This document shows positions 1-9,508 of a stretch of DNA of 64,000 nucleotides, in pieces; the first letter of the stretch is position 1; each line of letters begins with the position of its first letter. The translations under genes and the position numbers were made by a program. Origin of the DNA: Pecten maximus (Eukaryota); NCBI RefSeq assembly GCF_902652985.1, contig NC_047029.1:1364001-1428000 (forward strand), read 5' to 3'. The notes under the pieces were generated by a model, which saw nothing but the letters and a program-made list of their open reading frames with translations, did not search any database and was not told the origin of the DNA.

Positions 1-490
1 AATGAACTGTCTTTGTCACACGACTTATTACTCTACAGAGAAAGGATCGTTATTCTGGAGGATGTTCGTGGGGAAACTCTTGAAAGTACCCATGACGGTC
101 ATTTAGGATTAACTAAAACTCACGCGAAAGCCCAATAGGCTTGATGGTGACCATGAATAGCCAGCACAAAATATTTACTTGTAAATTTTGTCAATTGAAC
201 AAGCCGTCACAGCATCGAGAACCGAGGAATATTACACCTTTTCCTCTCCAGCCATTGCAAAAGGTAGCAGTTGACCTGTGTACTTGTGTACATCGTAAGG
301 AACACAGTATATCATCGTTACTGACTACTATTCATGTTTCAATGAACTGTGTTAACTTGAAACGACGACTAGTGCTTTTGTCATCTGAAAACTAAGGAAA
401 TGGTGTCGGACAATGGGACTCGATTTGTGTCCGAGGAGTATTGCAGAAAGATACCAATTCAAGCAAACATTCTCTAGTCCGCATTAGCTG
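1..490 (+). pseudogene. Decayed Ty3/Gypsy LTR-retrotransposon pol fragment (integrase Zn-binding and core)
   Basis: Frame 1 from base 1 reads NELSLSHDLLLYRERIVI...HDGHLGLTKT, then CKFCQ, PLQKVAVDL, VTDYYS and EMVSDNGTRFVSEEY across stops and frameshifts; a typical Gypsy HHCC + rve pattern. Possible PPT/LTR start (AATGGGGAGA|TGTT) at ~1122-1135. Confidence 0.75.
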
Positions 491-1849
491 AAACGAGATT
501 CGGTTATGATCAAAACTGGCAATGACAAAGTCTGATCTGATTCCGAAACTGTTCGTCAATGTAATCTAGAAAATCGGTCTTACGTAGTAGATATACCGAA
601 AGGAAACACTTTCCGATGGAATCGTCGATTTCCATAACGTGTCGACAAAAACTGTTTGGCAATCATGTGGACCAAAGCGTCTGTGCATCAACAAATTCGC
701 CGATGCTATCATCAAAGTCTGTGGAAGTAAAACTGAATAAACCACCGAACAGCCCATTTACTATCAGTGACAATTCCGACAAATCCATGTCGTGACCATC
801 CGAAGTGGTCTTTTTACAAGCCCAGGAGACTTTTTGCTTATGTGACTGTGTAAATGGTTTAATTTTGCGTAAAGTTTGTAATTTTGTGTTTCTATATTGA
901 CAGGAAATACTTAAAGTGTTACAGTTAAAGTTTTTGATGTTCATCATAGGACTTGGGTTTGCTTGCAATGTGGTCAGATTGGATTTAGTTTAAAGTTAAT
1001 GTCTAATCATGATAAATTTAAGCGTTCCTTTTGATTAAATATAATAGTGACATTGAACAGTTAATTAAGTGATACACTTTGGAGTAATTTTAAATTTTGG
1101 GATTTGGTAACTTCTTACCATAATGGGGAGATGTTAAGTTTAACTATAAGGTCAATAGAGTTATTTCCCTTGAATGGTGTGAGTACTTTTAATGTGACGT
1201 CACAAATTTCTGTATAGATAATTCCGTGTAACGTGATCAGAGACTTTCTGATGTTGTATGCCTGAAACAAGGGGTATTGCCGAGTGCAATGGCCGGCACC
1301 ATTATGGCATCAGGGAAACGGATTATTCAGAAAACATGTAAAGATCATAAGTTTTCATACAAAATTAGCTGTTCACTGACGTTAATAGAAGATAAAATGG
1401 TAAGGATATGTGGCAAAAGTGAAATTTGCTGTTTTCATTATTAGTTATCACATACTTTGTCGGTGTCCACGGGGCTGCATTGTTCTCGTTTCATGAAAGA
1501 TAAGTTATTTTCTTACCATCACATGTGTTATCATGTACTTCTTTATAATGTCAACATATCGATAAGGTTTTCCCAAGAGAGAATAGTGCCGGAGATTGTA
1601 AAATTAAATCTATTTTCGGTCAGGGATAATAAATTCCGGATTTCCCCCAATAAAATTGTTAAACCTATCTGGATTATACCTCTATATTCAATATTATTTA
1701 AAATGGTTTAAAACGTACTATAACGTTTTTAATTATTTCTGTTTTATTAAAAATGACGGTTATTTGAAGACAATCTGTTGATTTCAATACAGCAACGTTA
1801 AGGACAAATGAAGTTGGTTTATGGGTTTTGCTGAAGAAGAACTAACCAA

Positions 1850-3158
1850 TAACGTGGAAAGAAAGCTGGAAAAGAGAATTACTGCAAATAAAACTGTCGT
1901 AGAAATCCGTAAGATCGGGGATTGTTTGCTCGTATTCTCATTGCAGCAAGATGCCGACCAAAAGTAATTGCTCAGAGTCATTGCCAAATACAAATTATCT
2001 GTAATTCCCCGGTTTTTTGTTGTTGTTTTCTTTAAATTTTTGTTTGTTTTTTGTTTGTTTTTTGTTTATTTTTTGTTTGTTTTTTTGTTTTGTTTTTGTT
2101 TTTATTATCATTATTTTTATTCCATTGCTTAGTGAAAAATCTGCTTATGAGTGTCCTAGAAATGTTAGCCGCTGATAGCGCGGTTGAAATCACGGACGAA
2201 ACGTGCACATAAGATAATAGATACTACAACCATTGTAGATGGTATGGTGGAAGTACAAGCGATGGGGAAACCGCTCTTGGTAAACGTTTGTAGTGACTTA
2301 GCAGAACACTTCCTACAAGTCAGTTAAAGAAAGTGCCTGTTAAAATACAATGACGTACATCTTACATTTGACAGGTATGATGTTCCAAAATCACTGAAGG
2401 ATGCCAAAAGACAAAGACGACTTGGAAAAAAGGAGGCAACTGCTTACAATATAACAGACCATACCTATCTTACCAATGTATCTCTGGTGAAGTTTCTGAC
2501 GCATTCATCGACGAAGGATGAATTATCAACATACCTCTCAATAAAAGTCCTCGAGTATGCAACTGAAATGAATCTGCACCTGGTCTGTGCATGGAGAGAC
2601 CAAGCAAGGTCAACTTTTTTCGATGCTGGGTACTTGGCCAGTTCACAAGAGGAAGCAGATATAAAACTCGTCCTACATGCTCACCTCAAAGATGCTCATC
2701 AAACTTGTATATCCACTCACTCGATACAGACGTGTTCATTCACTTTTTTAAGACGGTATCCACGACTACCAAATTCTGCACTGGAACAGGGAATAGGCGA
2801 CCTGAAATAGATTTGGGGCATATATATTGTAGTCTGTCGCCTTTAGAAATAGAGGTCCTACCTAGTGTCCACGCGTTTTCAGGAGCAGATACTACTTGAT
2901 CGTTTTCCGGTGAAGGAAATCTGTCATTTTGGAAGGCATTTCGATCTGCAGACGAATCAGTGAAACGCGTTTTCGCAGACCTCGAAAAGAATGAACTCAC
3001 AGAAGAAATGGAAATAATGATCAAACAGTTCACATGTTATCTATATTTTCCGAAAACAACTCTCATGGATATTGGTTTTCTATGCTGGTGGATGCTTAAG
3101 CAAAAGCAAGCTCAAGCTAAAAAAAACTTCCGCTTACTAGGGCAGCACTGGAACAATC
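1850..3158 (+). pseudogene. 5' part of a decayed PIN/FEN1-like nuclease + CXC-domain gene (probably transposon-derived), interrupted by the Polinton-like element
   Basis: Motifs across frameshifts: DRGLFARIL, IVDGMVEVQ, LTFDRYD, QEEADIKLVLHA, HSLDTDVFI, HAFSGADTT, GNLSFWKAF, WWMLKQKQAQ, KLPLTRAALEQ. The acidic motif order resembles FEN1/XPG-type PIN domains. Confidence 0.7.
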
Positions 3159-3294
3159 GAGAGATGTGATGACACTGTGGGGTTTTTTTCTCTCCCAGAA
3201 TGCTTCATTCAAGATGGCTGCCAATGTTGGCAGCCATCTTGAAATGAGGCATTCTGGGAGAGAAAAAAAACCCACAGATGTCATCAATTCTCTC
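3159..3294. repeat. Terminal ~136-bp imperfect palindrome (hairpin), left end
   Basis: Arms GAGAGATGTGATGACACTGTGGGG(T)7CTCTCCCAGAATGCTTCATTCAAGATGGCTGCCAA / TTGGCAGCCATCTTGAAATGAGGCATTCTGGGAGAG(A)8CCCACAGATGTCATCAATTCTCTC around a TG apex at 3225-3226. Confidence 0.93.
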
Positions 3295-3417
3295 CCCTGT
3301 ATCTTGGTTTTCAAATACAGAAGTGACATACCTTTCTTTAGTTGTATTTTCTTGAGATTTTATCTTTTCATGTTCTTTTGGACATCTTCTTCTTTCAATA
3401 TCTGTTGTTGATGATTT

Positions 3418-3789
3418 ATGGCTAGCCGGGTTGGATTTCATGACGTTATTGACTTTCGGCATGCTAGTATAGTATGTAAATGGCTAGTCGGGTTGGTTTT
3501 CACGACGTTATTGACTTTCGGCATGCTAGTATAGTATGTAAATGGCTAGCCGGGTTGGTTTTCACGACGTTATTGACTTTCGGCATGCTAGTATAGTATG
3601 TAAATGGCTAGCCGGGTTGGTTTTCACGGCGTTATTGGCTTTCGGCATGCTAGTATAGTATGTAGATGGCTAGCCGGGTTGGTTTTCATGGCGTTATTGG
3701 CTTTCGGTATGCTAGTATAGTATGTAAATGGCTAGCCGGATTGGTTTTCATGGCGTTATTGGCTTTCGGCATGCTAGTATAGTATGTAA
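3418..3789 (+). repeat. 62-bp tandem repeat, 6 copies (in left TIR)
   Basis: ATGGCTAG recurs at 3418, 3480, 3542, 3604, 3666, 3728. Confidence 0.93.
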
Positions 3790-3790
3790 A

Positions 3791-4641
3791 TGTCATGATG
3801 TTATTTGTCATTATTTGTCATGTTTTGTCATTATTTGTCATGTTTTGTCATTTTTGTCATAATTTTGTCATTTTTGTCATGTTTTTGTAATGATTTTGTC
3901 ATTTTTTGTCATGTTTTGTCATGATTTTGTCACGATTTTGTCATTATTTGTCATGATTTTGTCATGTTTTGTCATGATTTTGTCATGTTTTGTGATGATT
4001 TTGTCATTTTTGTCATGTTTTTGTCATGATTTGTCATGATTTTGTCATTTTTGTCATTTTTGTCATGATTTGTCATGATTTTGTCATGTTTTTGTCATGA
4101 TTTTGTCATTTTTGTCATGATTTGTCATGATTTATCATGATTTTGTCATGATTTTGTCATGTTTTGTCATTTTTGTCATGATTTTGTCATGTTTTGTCAT
4201 GATTTTGTCATTTTTGTCATGTTTTTGTCATGATTTGTCATGATTTTGTCATTTTTGTCATGTTTTTGTCATGATTTGTCATGATTTTGTCATTTTTGTC
4301 ATTTTTGTCATTATTTGTCATGATTTTGTCATGTTTTTGTCATGATTTTGTCATTTTTGTCATGATTTGTCATGATTTTGTCATATTTTGTCATGATTTT
4401 ATCATGTTTTGTCATTTTGTCATGATTTTGTCATGATTTTGTCATTATTTTGTCATTTGGGATTTTGTCATTATTTTGTCATTTTTTTGTCATTATTTGT
4501 CATGTTTGGTCATTACTTGTCATGTTTTGTCATTATTTGTCATTGTTTTGTCATGATTTTGTCATGATTTTGTCATGATTTTGTCATGTTTTGTCATGAT
4601 TTTGTCATGTTTTTGTCATGATTTTGTCATGTTTTGTCATT
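3791..4641 (+). repeat. Irregular 9-12 bp TTTTGTCATGA-type array (in left TIR)
   Basis: Continuous tgtcatgatttt/tgtcatttt variants; mirrored as ATGACAAAA at ~11423-11920. Confidence 0.93.
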
Positions 4642-4871
4642 ATCCTTCTGAGAGGCCTGGCATTCTTCAATTACAGTTGTCTTGGAAATTCTATGATCTA
4701 TACCAAAAAACATGGTAGTCATTACAATAGAATTCTGATTGAAATACAAGAATTCACATGACCCTGATGTTTTGAAAGGTGAAGTGAAGTCAAATCTATT
4801 TTTGGAATAAAGGAAAAGTTGCCAACAAGTTTATAAAGGGAATCATCTTACGGGAAATATGTATCATTTCT

Positions 4872-5150
4872 ATGATGTTGTCAAATTCAGCATACACCAT
4901 GTTAAAAATCATTCGGTCTCCAATCAAATTTTACCTGAGGTGGAAACTGAGAAAAAGCAAAAGCTGGATATCATTGATAATGTGCATCAAAACAAAAAAT
5001 GATTATTGGGAAGTGATAAATGATGTAGACCGTACATGTTTACGTGGAAAATTAGTTTGTGAAATATTTACCAAAGATTTATGTGAAGTGCAAAGAACCG
5101 ATTCATTTCTTAAACAATTTGAACTGTTAACAGCACATGAAAAGGTATAA
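4872..5150 (+). CDS. Orphan 92-aa ORF, first gene of the element cassette
   Basis: ATG start, same strand as all element genes, TATAAA 40 nt upstream as for other element genes; no recognisable motif. Confidence 0.4.
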   Translation: MMLSNSAYTMLKIIRSPIKFYLRWKLRKSKSWISLIMCIKTKNDYWEVINDVDRTCLRGKLVCEIFTKDLCEVQRTDSFLKQFELLTAHEKV

Positions 5151-5183
5151 AAGGAGTTGCAATGAATATGTGAATAAGGAAAA

Positions 5184-6311
5184 ATGTTGTCAAAAAAGCA
5201 GAAAGATTTTCTGAAGAAGATATGGTATGATCCAAAACATGTGTTGGGATTCACTGGCCCCAAGAGGTTGCATGAGGGTATAAAAAAGAAAGGCAAATTG
5301 AAGATAAGTCTATCACAGGTCACTGCTTGGTTGCAGAATCAAGATCTTTATAGTGTAAGAAGACAAGTTAGACACAAAACACCAAAAGTCAAAACTCCTT
5401 TGGTGAGTGTGGATTACATGTGAGATGCTGATTTAGCAGATGTCTCCAATATCAAAGACTATAATGAAGGCATCACTTTCTTACTAGTTATTGTGGATCA
5501 TTTTTCACGTTATGCTTGGGTACTCCCCCTTAAAAACAAGAAGGATACCACAGTGTTGGAGGCTTTCAAAAAGATATTTGCAGAACGTCAGCCCGTCATC
5601 ATCAGATCAGATCATGGAAAAGAGTTCTTAAACAATGCATTTCAAAAGCATTGCAAAGCCATTGGGGTCACCCACATTGCAAGTCACAGTGCTCATAAAG
5701 CTGCATTTGCTGAATCATTTATAGGGAAGTTGAAAAATATTTTGTATAGATACTTGCATTCCAATCAAACGTTTACCTTTATCGATGTGTTACCTGACAT
5801 CATTAGAAGTTACAACAGTAGAACACACTCTGGTCTGTATGGATTTGCACACAAGGATGTAGACAATGACACACAAAACATCATCTTTTCGAAAAGAGAC
5901 CATGAACCTCCCAAGAAAAAGATGCCACACAAATTCAAAAAAGGAGATCAAGTGAGGCTGAGTTACAAAGTCCGTGAATTCCGTCGGGGGTGGCATCAGA
6001 AATGGACAGATGAACTATTCATAGTCTCTCACAGATATTACAGAGGAAGTGTTCCGGTTTATAAAGTCAAAGATATGATGGGTGAACAGATAGAGGGGGT
6101 TTTCTACGCTCAAGAATTACAAAAGGTCTACAAATCAAAAGAAACGAAGTGGAAAATAGAAGAAGTCTTAAAAGTTAAGAGAGTTAAAGGAAAGAAATTA
6201 GCGTTGATTAGATGGTTAGGATGGCCAAAAAAATTTGATTCCTGGATAGATTATGATGACATTGAAGTGCCCATAAAAACTATAAATAAGCTGAAAAAAA
6301 CACCAAAATAA
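5184..6311 (+). pseudogene. Polinton rve (DDE) integrase with C-terminal chromodomain; nonsense codon at 5421-5423
   Basis: VDYM*DADLAD...LLVIVDHFSRYAW, RSDHGKEF, AFAES, YNSRTHS, FKKGDQVR, WTDELF, FYAQELQKV; chromodomain WKIEEVLK...LIRWLGWPKKFDSWI. ORFs 5184-5423 and 5493-6311 are in the same frame (likely TGG>TGA). Confidence 0.92.
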
Positions 6312-6319
6312 AGAAAACC

Positions 6320-7117
6320 ATGGCTTACGTGTGTCAATTTTGTTCTAAAATGTACACGTTGAAAAACTCTCTGGATCAACATATCAGAAGAAAACATTTC
6401 AAAGATCTACGTGAAATACCGTGTTCATCATCTGGCAAAATTACCTCTCAGGAGGAATTTGATATAGTTAATGTACCGGTAAGCACGTTACCCCCAGTAC
6501 CTAGAGGACATTTCTTGCCCTGGAAACATCCCTTTACCTGTATGATAGCAGGTCCTACAGGAAGTGGAAAAACAACGTTTGTGAAGCGGTTTATAGACAA
6601 CATTCAACAGATGATGACTCCCATACCGGATAAAATCCTGTGGTGTTATGGAGAATATCAAACAATCTATGGTTTCATTGACAAAGTAGAGTTTCATGAA
6701 GGTTTACCTGATCTAATGGAACTAGACACGTCTGTGAATAATTTGATAGTGATAGATGATTTGATGTCTGAAGTTAACTCTGACGTAACGTCATTATTCA
6801 CCAAGAAGAGTCATCATTGCAACATCAGCGTCATGTATATAGTTCAGAATGTATTTTGTCAGAGTAAAAAACATAGAGACATCAGTTTGAATACTCATTA
6901 CATTGTTTTGATGAAAAATCCTAGAGATTCGTCACAGGTCAGGTGTTTGTCTCAGCAGATGTTTCCAGGTAAAACTTTACTGATGGAAGCCTAAAAGGAT
7001 GCTACTCTTCATCCTCATGGATATCTGTTAGTAGATTTGAAACAAAACACTCCTTCAGATCTCAGATTACGTACATGTATATTTCCTGGAGAGTATCAGT
7101 TTGTGTATGGCACCTAA
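6320..7117 (+). pseudogene. FtsK/HerA (A32-like) genome-packaging ATPase with N-terminal C2H2 zinc finger; premature stop at 6992-6994
   Basis: Walker A GPTGSGKT, Walker B LIVIDD, SHHCNISVMYIVQN, RDISLNTHYIVLMKNPRD; the frame continues past TAA as KDATLHPHGYLLVDLKQNTPSDLRLRTCIFPGE to TAA at 7115-7117. Confidence 0.92.
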
Positions 7118-7167
7118 AAACTTATATATATATATGCTTCATGGAAGGTAGATGTTGTTTGACGAAG

Positions 7168-7464
7168 ATGTCTTCATATCTGGAGAAACATTGTAAAGAC
7201 TTGGAGTATTTTTGCCAAGCCGAACCTTCTGTACGCAAAGTCATCCTAGAAAAGGCCAGTAAAAGTTTCATATACTGTTTATGTGAGTGCATACAAAACA
7301 TTCTACAGGGTCGTTTGCCTTTGACACCAAAGCAAAAGAAACGGTTGTCCCGTCACAAACAAAAGTGTAGACAATTATTGAAAACTAAAAAACGTATCAT
7401 TCAACAAGGAGGATTTTTACCTGCCATCACATCCATCTTACTACCCGGTCTATTTAAAAGATGA
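7168..7464 (+). CDS. Small basic Polinton core protein with adenovirus pX-like GGFLPA C-terminus
   Basis: CLCECIQNILQGRLPLTPKQKKRL...IIQQGGFLPAITSILL; resembles the conserved small Polinton/adintovirus ORF; ATG 7168 lies 45 nt after a TATA box. Confidence 0.75.
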   Translation: MSSYLEKHCKDLEYFCQAEPSVRKVILEKASKSFIYCLCECIQNILQGRLPLTPKQKKRLSRHKQKCRQLLKTKKRIIQQGGFLPAITSILLPGLFKR

Positions 7465-8393
7465 AAAAAAAGATACTGGACGTGCAAGGTCCCATCACCA
7501 ACTTCAGACCTAAGCCTCCTGTAGACTCTTTCGTGAAATCCCTTCACCACATTGAGGGGGAAATGGCAAGTACTTTGCAACGTGAAGATCTTCCACTTGA
7601 CGAAAAAATGACTTTGTATGATCAGGATTTAAGAAAATACCTTTCTAGACATCAACAATACAAACAGGATGGTTTAACACCCAAGGTAGTCACTACCATC
7701 GAAAACTTTCCCAAAGAGGACCTCACACGTAAACTTGTTTTGCAGAGTGTACCAAAAACTGCTCAATCTAAGACAGAAATGTTGATGGATAGATTAAAAC
7801 AGGTAGTCCAGTGGAACGACAAAGGAGAATTTGGATATAAAGGTGCCCCGGTGATTTCAGGTTCTAATCTAGTGCATTTAGTGGGCAACGCTACACGTCA
7901 AAGGTCTCTGAAACACGTCAACCCTCAGGGGATGAATACCTTTCTAACAGCTTTAAGGGATCTGAATGTCCCTCCGAGCTGGATAAGTAATAAAGAATAT
8001 TTGGATAAAATGCAAACTGTTGCCTCTACTCCTTTACCAACGATAAGAGAGAATATACCATCTGAAATGTCTTTGGCTAGACCTCCAGCTACTCTTACAT
8101 CTATGATGCCATCTCCAGTCACCCCATTGGCTACATCTCAATCAACTCATACACCATATCATGTTACCCCTTTGGCTACATATCAAGATTTTCATACACC
8201 GATACCATCTGGAGCTACCCCTTTGACCACATCTGAGAACACCCTCCTATCTCCAACACAAATGGATTGGAAGGAATGCAGTGATGAGAGTGGCTACAAC
8301 ACTTTTTCTACACCCACTTCACGATCAACGTTACCTAGAAAACCGGTTTCAGACATGCTAAAGAAATGGAAAAAATTTAAGCCTACAGATTAG
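7461..8393 (+). CDS. Conserved Polinton-associated protein of unknown function with Ser/Thr/Pro-rich tail
   Basis: 310-aa ORF; EMASTLQREDLPLDEKMTLYDQDLRKY, WNDKGE...ISGSNLVHLV, NVPPSWISN resemble an ORF recurrent in animal Polintons. Confidence 0.7.
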   Translation: MKKKILDVQGPITNFRPKPPVDSFVKSLHHIEGEMASTLQREDLPLDEKMTLYDQDLRKYLSRHQQYKQDGLTPKVVTTIENFPKEDLTRKLVLQSVPKTAQSKTEMLMDRLKQVVQWNDKGEFGYKGAPVISGSNLVHLVGNATRQRSLKHVNPQGMNTFLTALRDLNVPPSWISNKEYLDKMQTVASTPLPTIRENIPSEMSLARPPATLTSMMPSPVTPLATSQSTHTPYHVTPLATYQDFHTPIPSGATPLTTSENTLLSPTQMDWKECSDESGYNTFSTPTSRSTLPRKPVSDMLKKWKKFKPTD

Positions 8394-8446
8394 AGCCCGG
8401 AAAAAGTATAAAAGTCATCGAAACACTCCAGTCAAATCATAATAAA

Positions 8447-8698
8447 ATGACTGACAATACCAGTGTAACCTCTAATTGGTTGTTGTTTGGTACCAAACTG
8501 CCAAGAGAAGAAATTGTTTTCTTTTGTCAAGTGTGCATCATCTATATCATCATCTGCTGTAGCATCTATCATCTGAGCATAGGTCATCCACTAGAGTCTC
8601 TGTGGGTTTCTTTGTTGAGCAGTGGTATTGGCTATCTAATACCTAGTCCTACTCTGAAAAAGAAAGATGTTTTACATTTACATAACCCTTCCCAGTAA
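8447..8698 (+). CDS. Small two-TM hydrophobic protein
   Basis: EIVFFCQVCIIYIIICCSIYHL and LWVSLLSSGIGYLIPSP hydrophobic segments; TATAAAA 40 nt upstream. Confidence 0.65.
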   Translation: MTDNTSVTSNWLLFGTKLPREEIVFFCQVCIIYIIICCSIYHLSIGHPLESLWVSLLSSGIGYLIPSPTLKKKDVLHLHNPSQ

Positions 8699-9455
8699 TA
8701 ATTCAATGGAGTACTTTCAAGACAATACATTAACAATTTACAAGACACGTTTGCCTCAACCTCTAGACCCCAAAGGTTCTTGGGAGATGGGTCTAGCTGA
8801 AATTCAATATCCTCACTCTTGGTTCAACGTACGTGAAGGTGAATTGTGGTTGGAGATGATCGTTGGTGGCAGTGACAATGTTGCTAATGTTGAATTTGAT
8901 CCCGGAGCTGCATTAAAACTTTACGTTAAACCAGGTTATTATCCCAATGTGCTCAATATTTTAGAATACATATGGGGGGCCAAAAAAATGGTATCGCATG
9001 GAGATATGTTCAAGATTTCTACCGATAAAATTGATCAGAGGGTAACTTTGACTATATCTACTGGCTTACGTTTAAATCTCAGTCCTATGCTGACAAAATT
9101 GTTAGGATTTAAGTATTCACGGTTTTCTGAAGGAAAACACACTGGCAGGAACATGGCTGACGTTCGTCAAGGTTTCTATTCCATTTATGTCTACTGTCCT
9201 TTGGTTGAACCACAGATGGTGGGTGATTCCAGGGTTCCACTTGTCAGAATAGTTCCAATTGAGGATATGCCAGGACATGTCATCAGTAAAGAATTCCAAC
9301 CAATTCATTATGTACCATTACAACAACGTCAATTTCAAGAAATAGAAATAATGTTGAGAGACGATACAGGCAAACCCATTCCATTTGAGAGAGGAAAAGT
9401 TGTCGTCACCTTACATTTTAAGAGGCATTCTTTAGGTTCAATTTATCAGAACTAA
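8667..9455 (+). CDS. Minor capsid protein (penton-like single jelly-roll, Polinton PX)
   Basis: YITLPSNNSMEYFQDNT, WEMGLAEIQYP, IYVYCPLVEPQMVGDSRVPLVRIV, HYVPL, IEIMLRDDTGKPIPFERGKVVVTLHF. Confidence 0.88.
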   Translation: MFYIYITLPSNNSMEYFQDNTLTIYKTRLPQPLDPKGSWEMGLAEIQYPHSWFNVREGELWLEMIVGGSDNVANVEFDPGAALKLYVKPGYYPNVLNILEYIWGAKKMVSHGDMFKISTDKIDQRVTLTISTGLRLNLSPMLTKLLGFKYSRFSEGKHTGRNMADVRQGFYSIYVYCPLVEPQMVGDSRVPLVRIVPIEDMPGHVISKEFQPIHYVPLQQRQFQEIEIMLRDDTGKPIPFERGKVVVTLHFKRHSLGSIYQN

Positions 9456-9508
9456 AAGGTCTATATAAGAAATTATTATTAGGCTCAAACTGAAGAAAAG
9501 CAATCGAT

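Larger units (their letters stand above)
3159..4744 (+). repeat. Left terminal inverted repeat (hairpin + unique spacer + 6x62-bp repeat + TGTCA-rich array + unique inner part)
   Basis: Reverse complement of 11320-12417; similarity ends near ...AATAGAATTCTGATTGAAA (4744). Confidence 0.93.

Noticed and set aside
3117-3462. Small ORFs overlapping the TIRs (also 11297-11638 and 12125-12367)
   Set aside because: Incidental translations of the hairpin, 62-bp repeat and microsatellite; no motifs.
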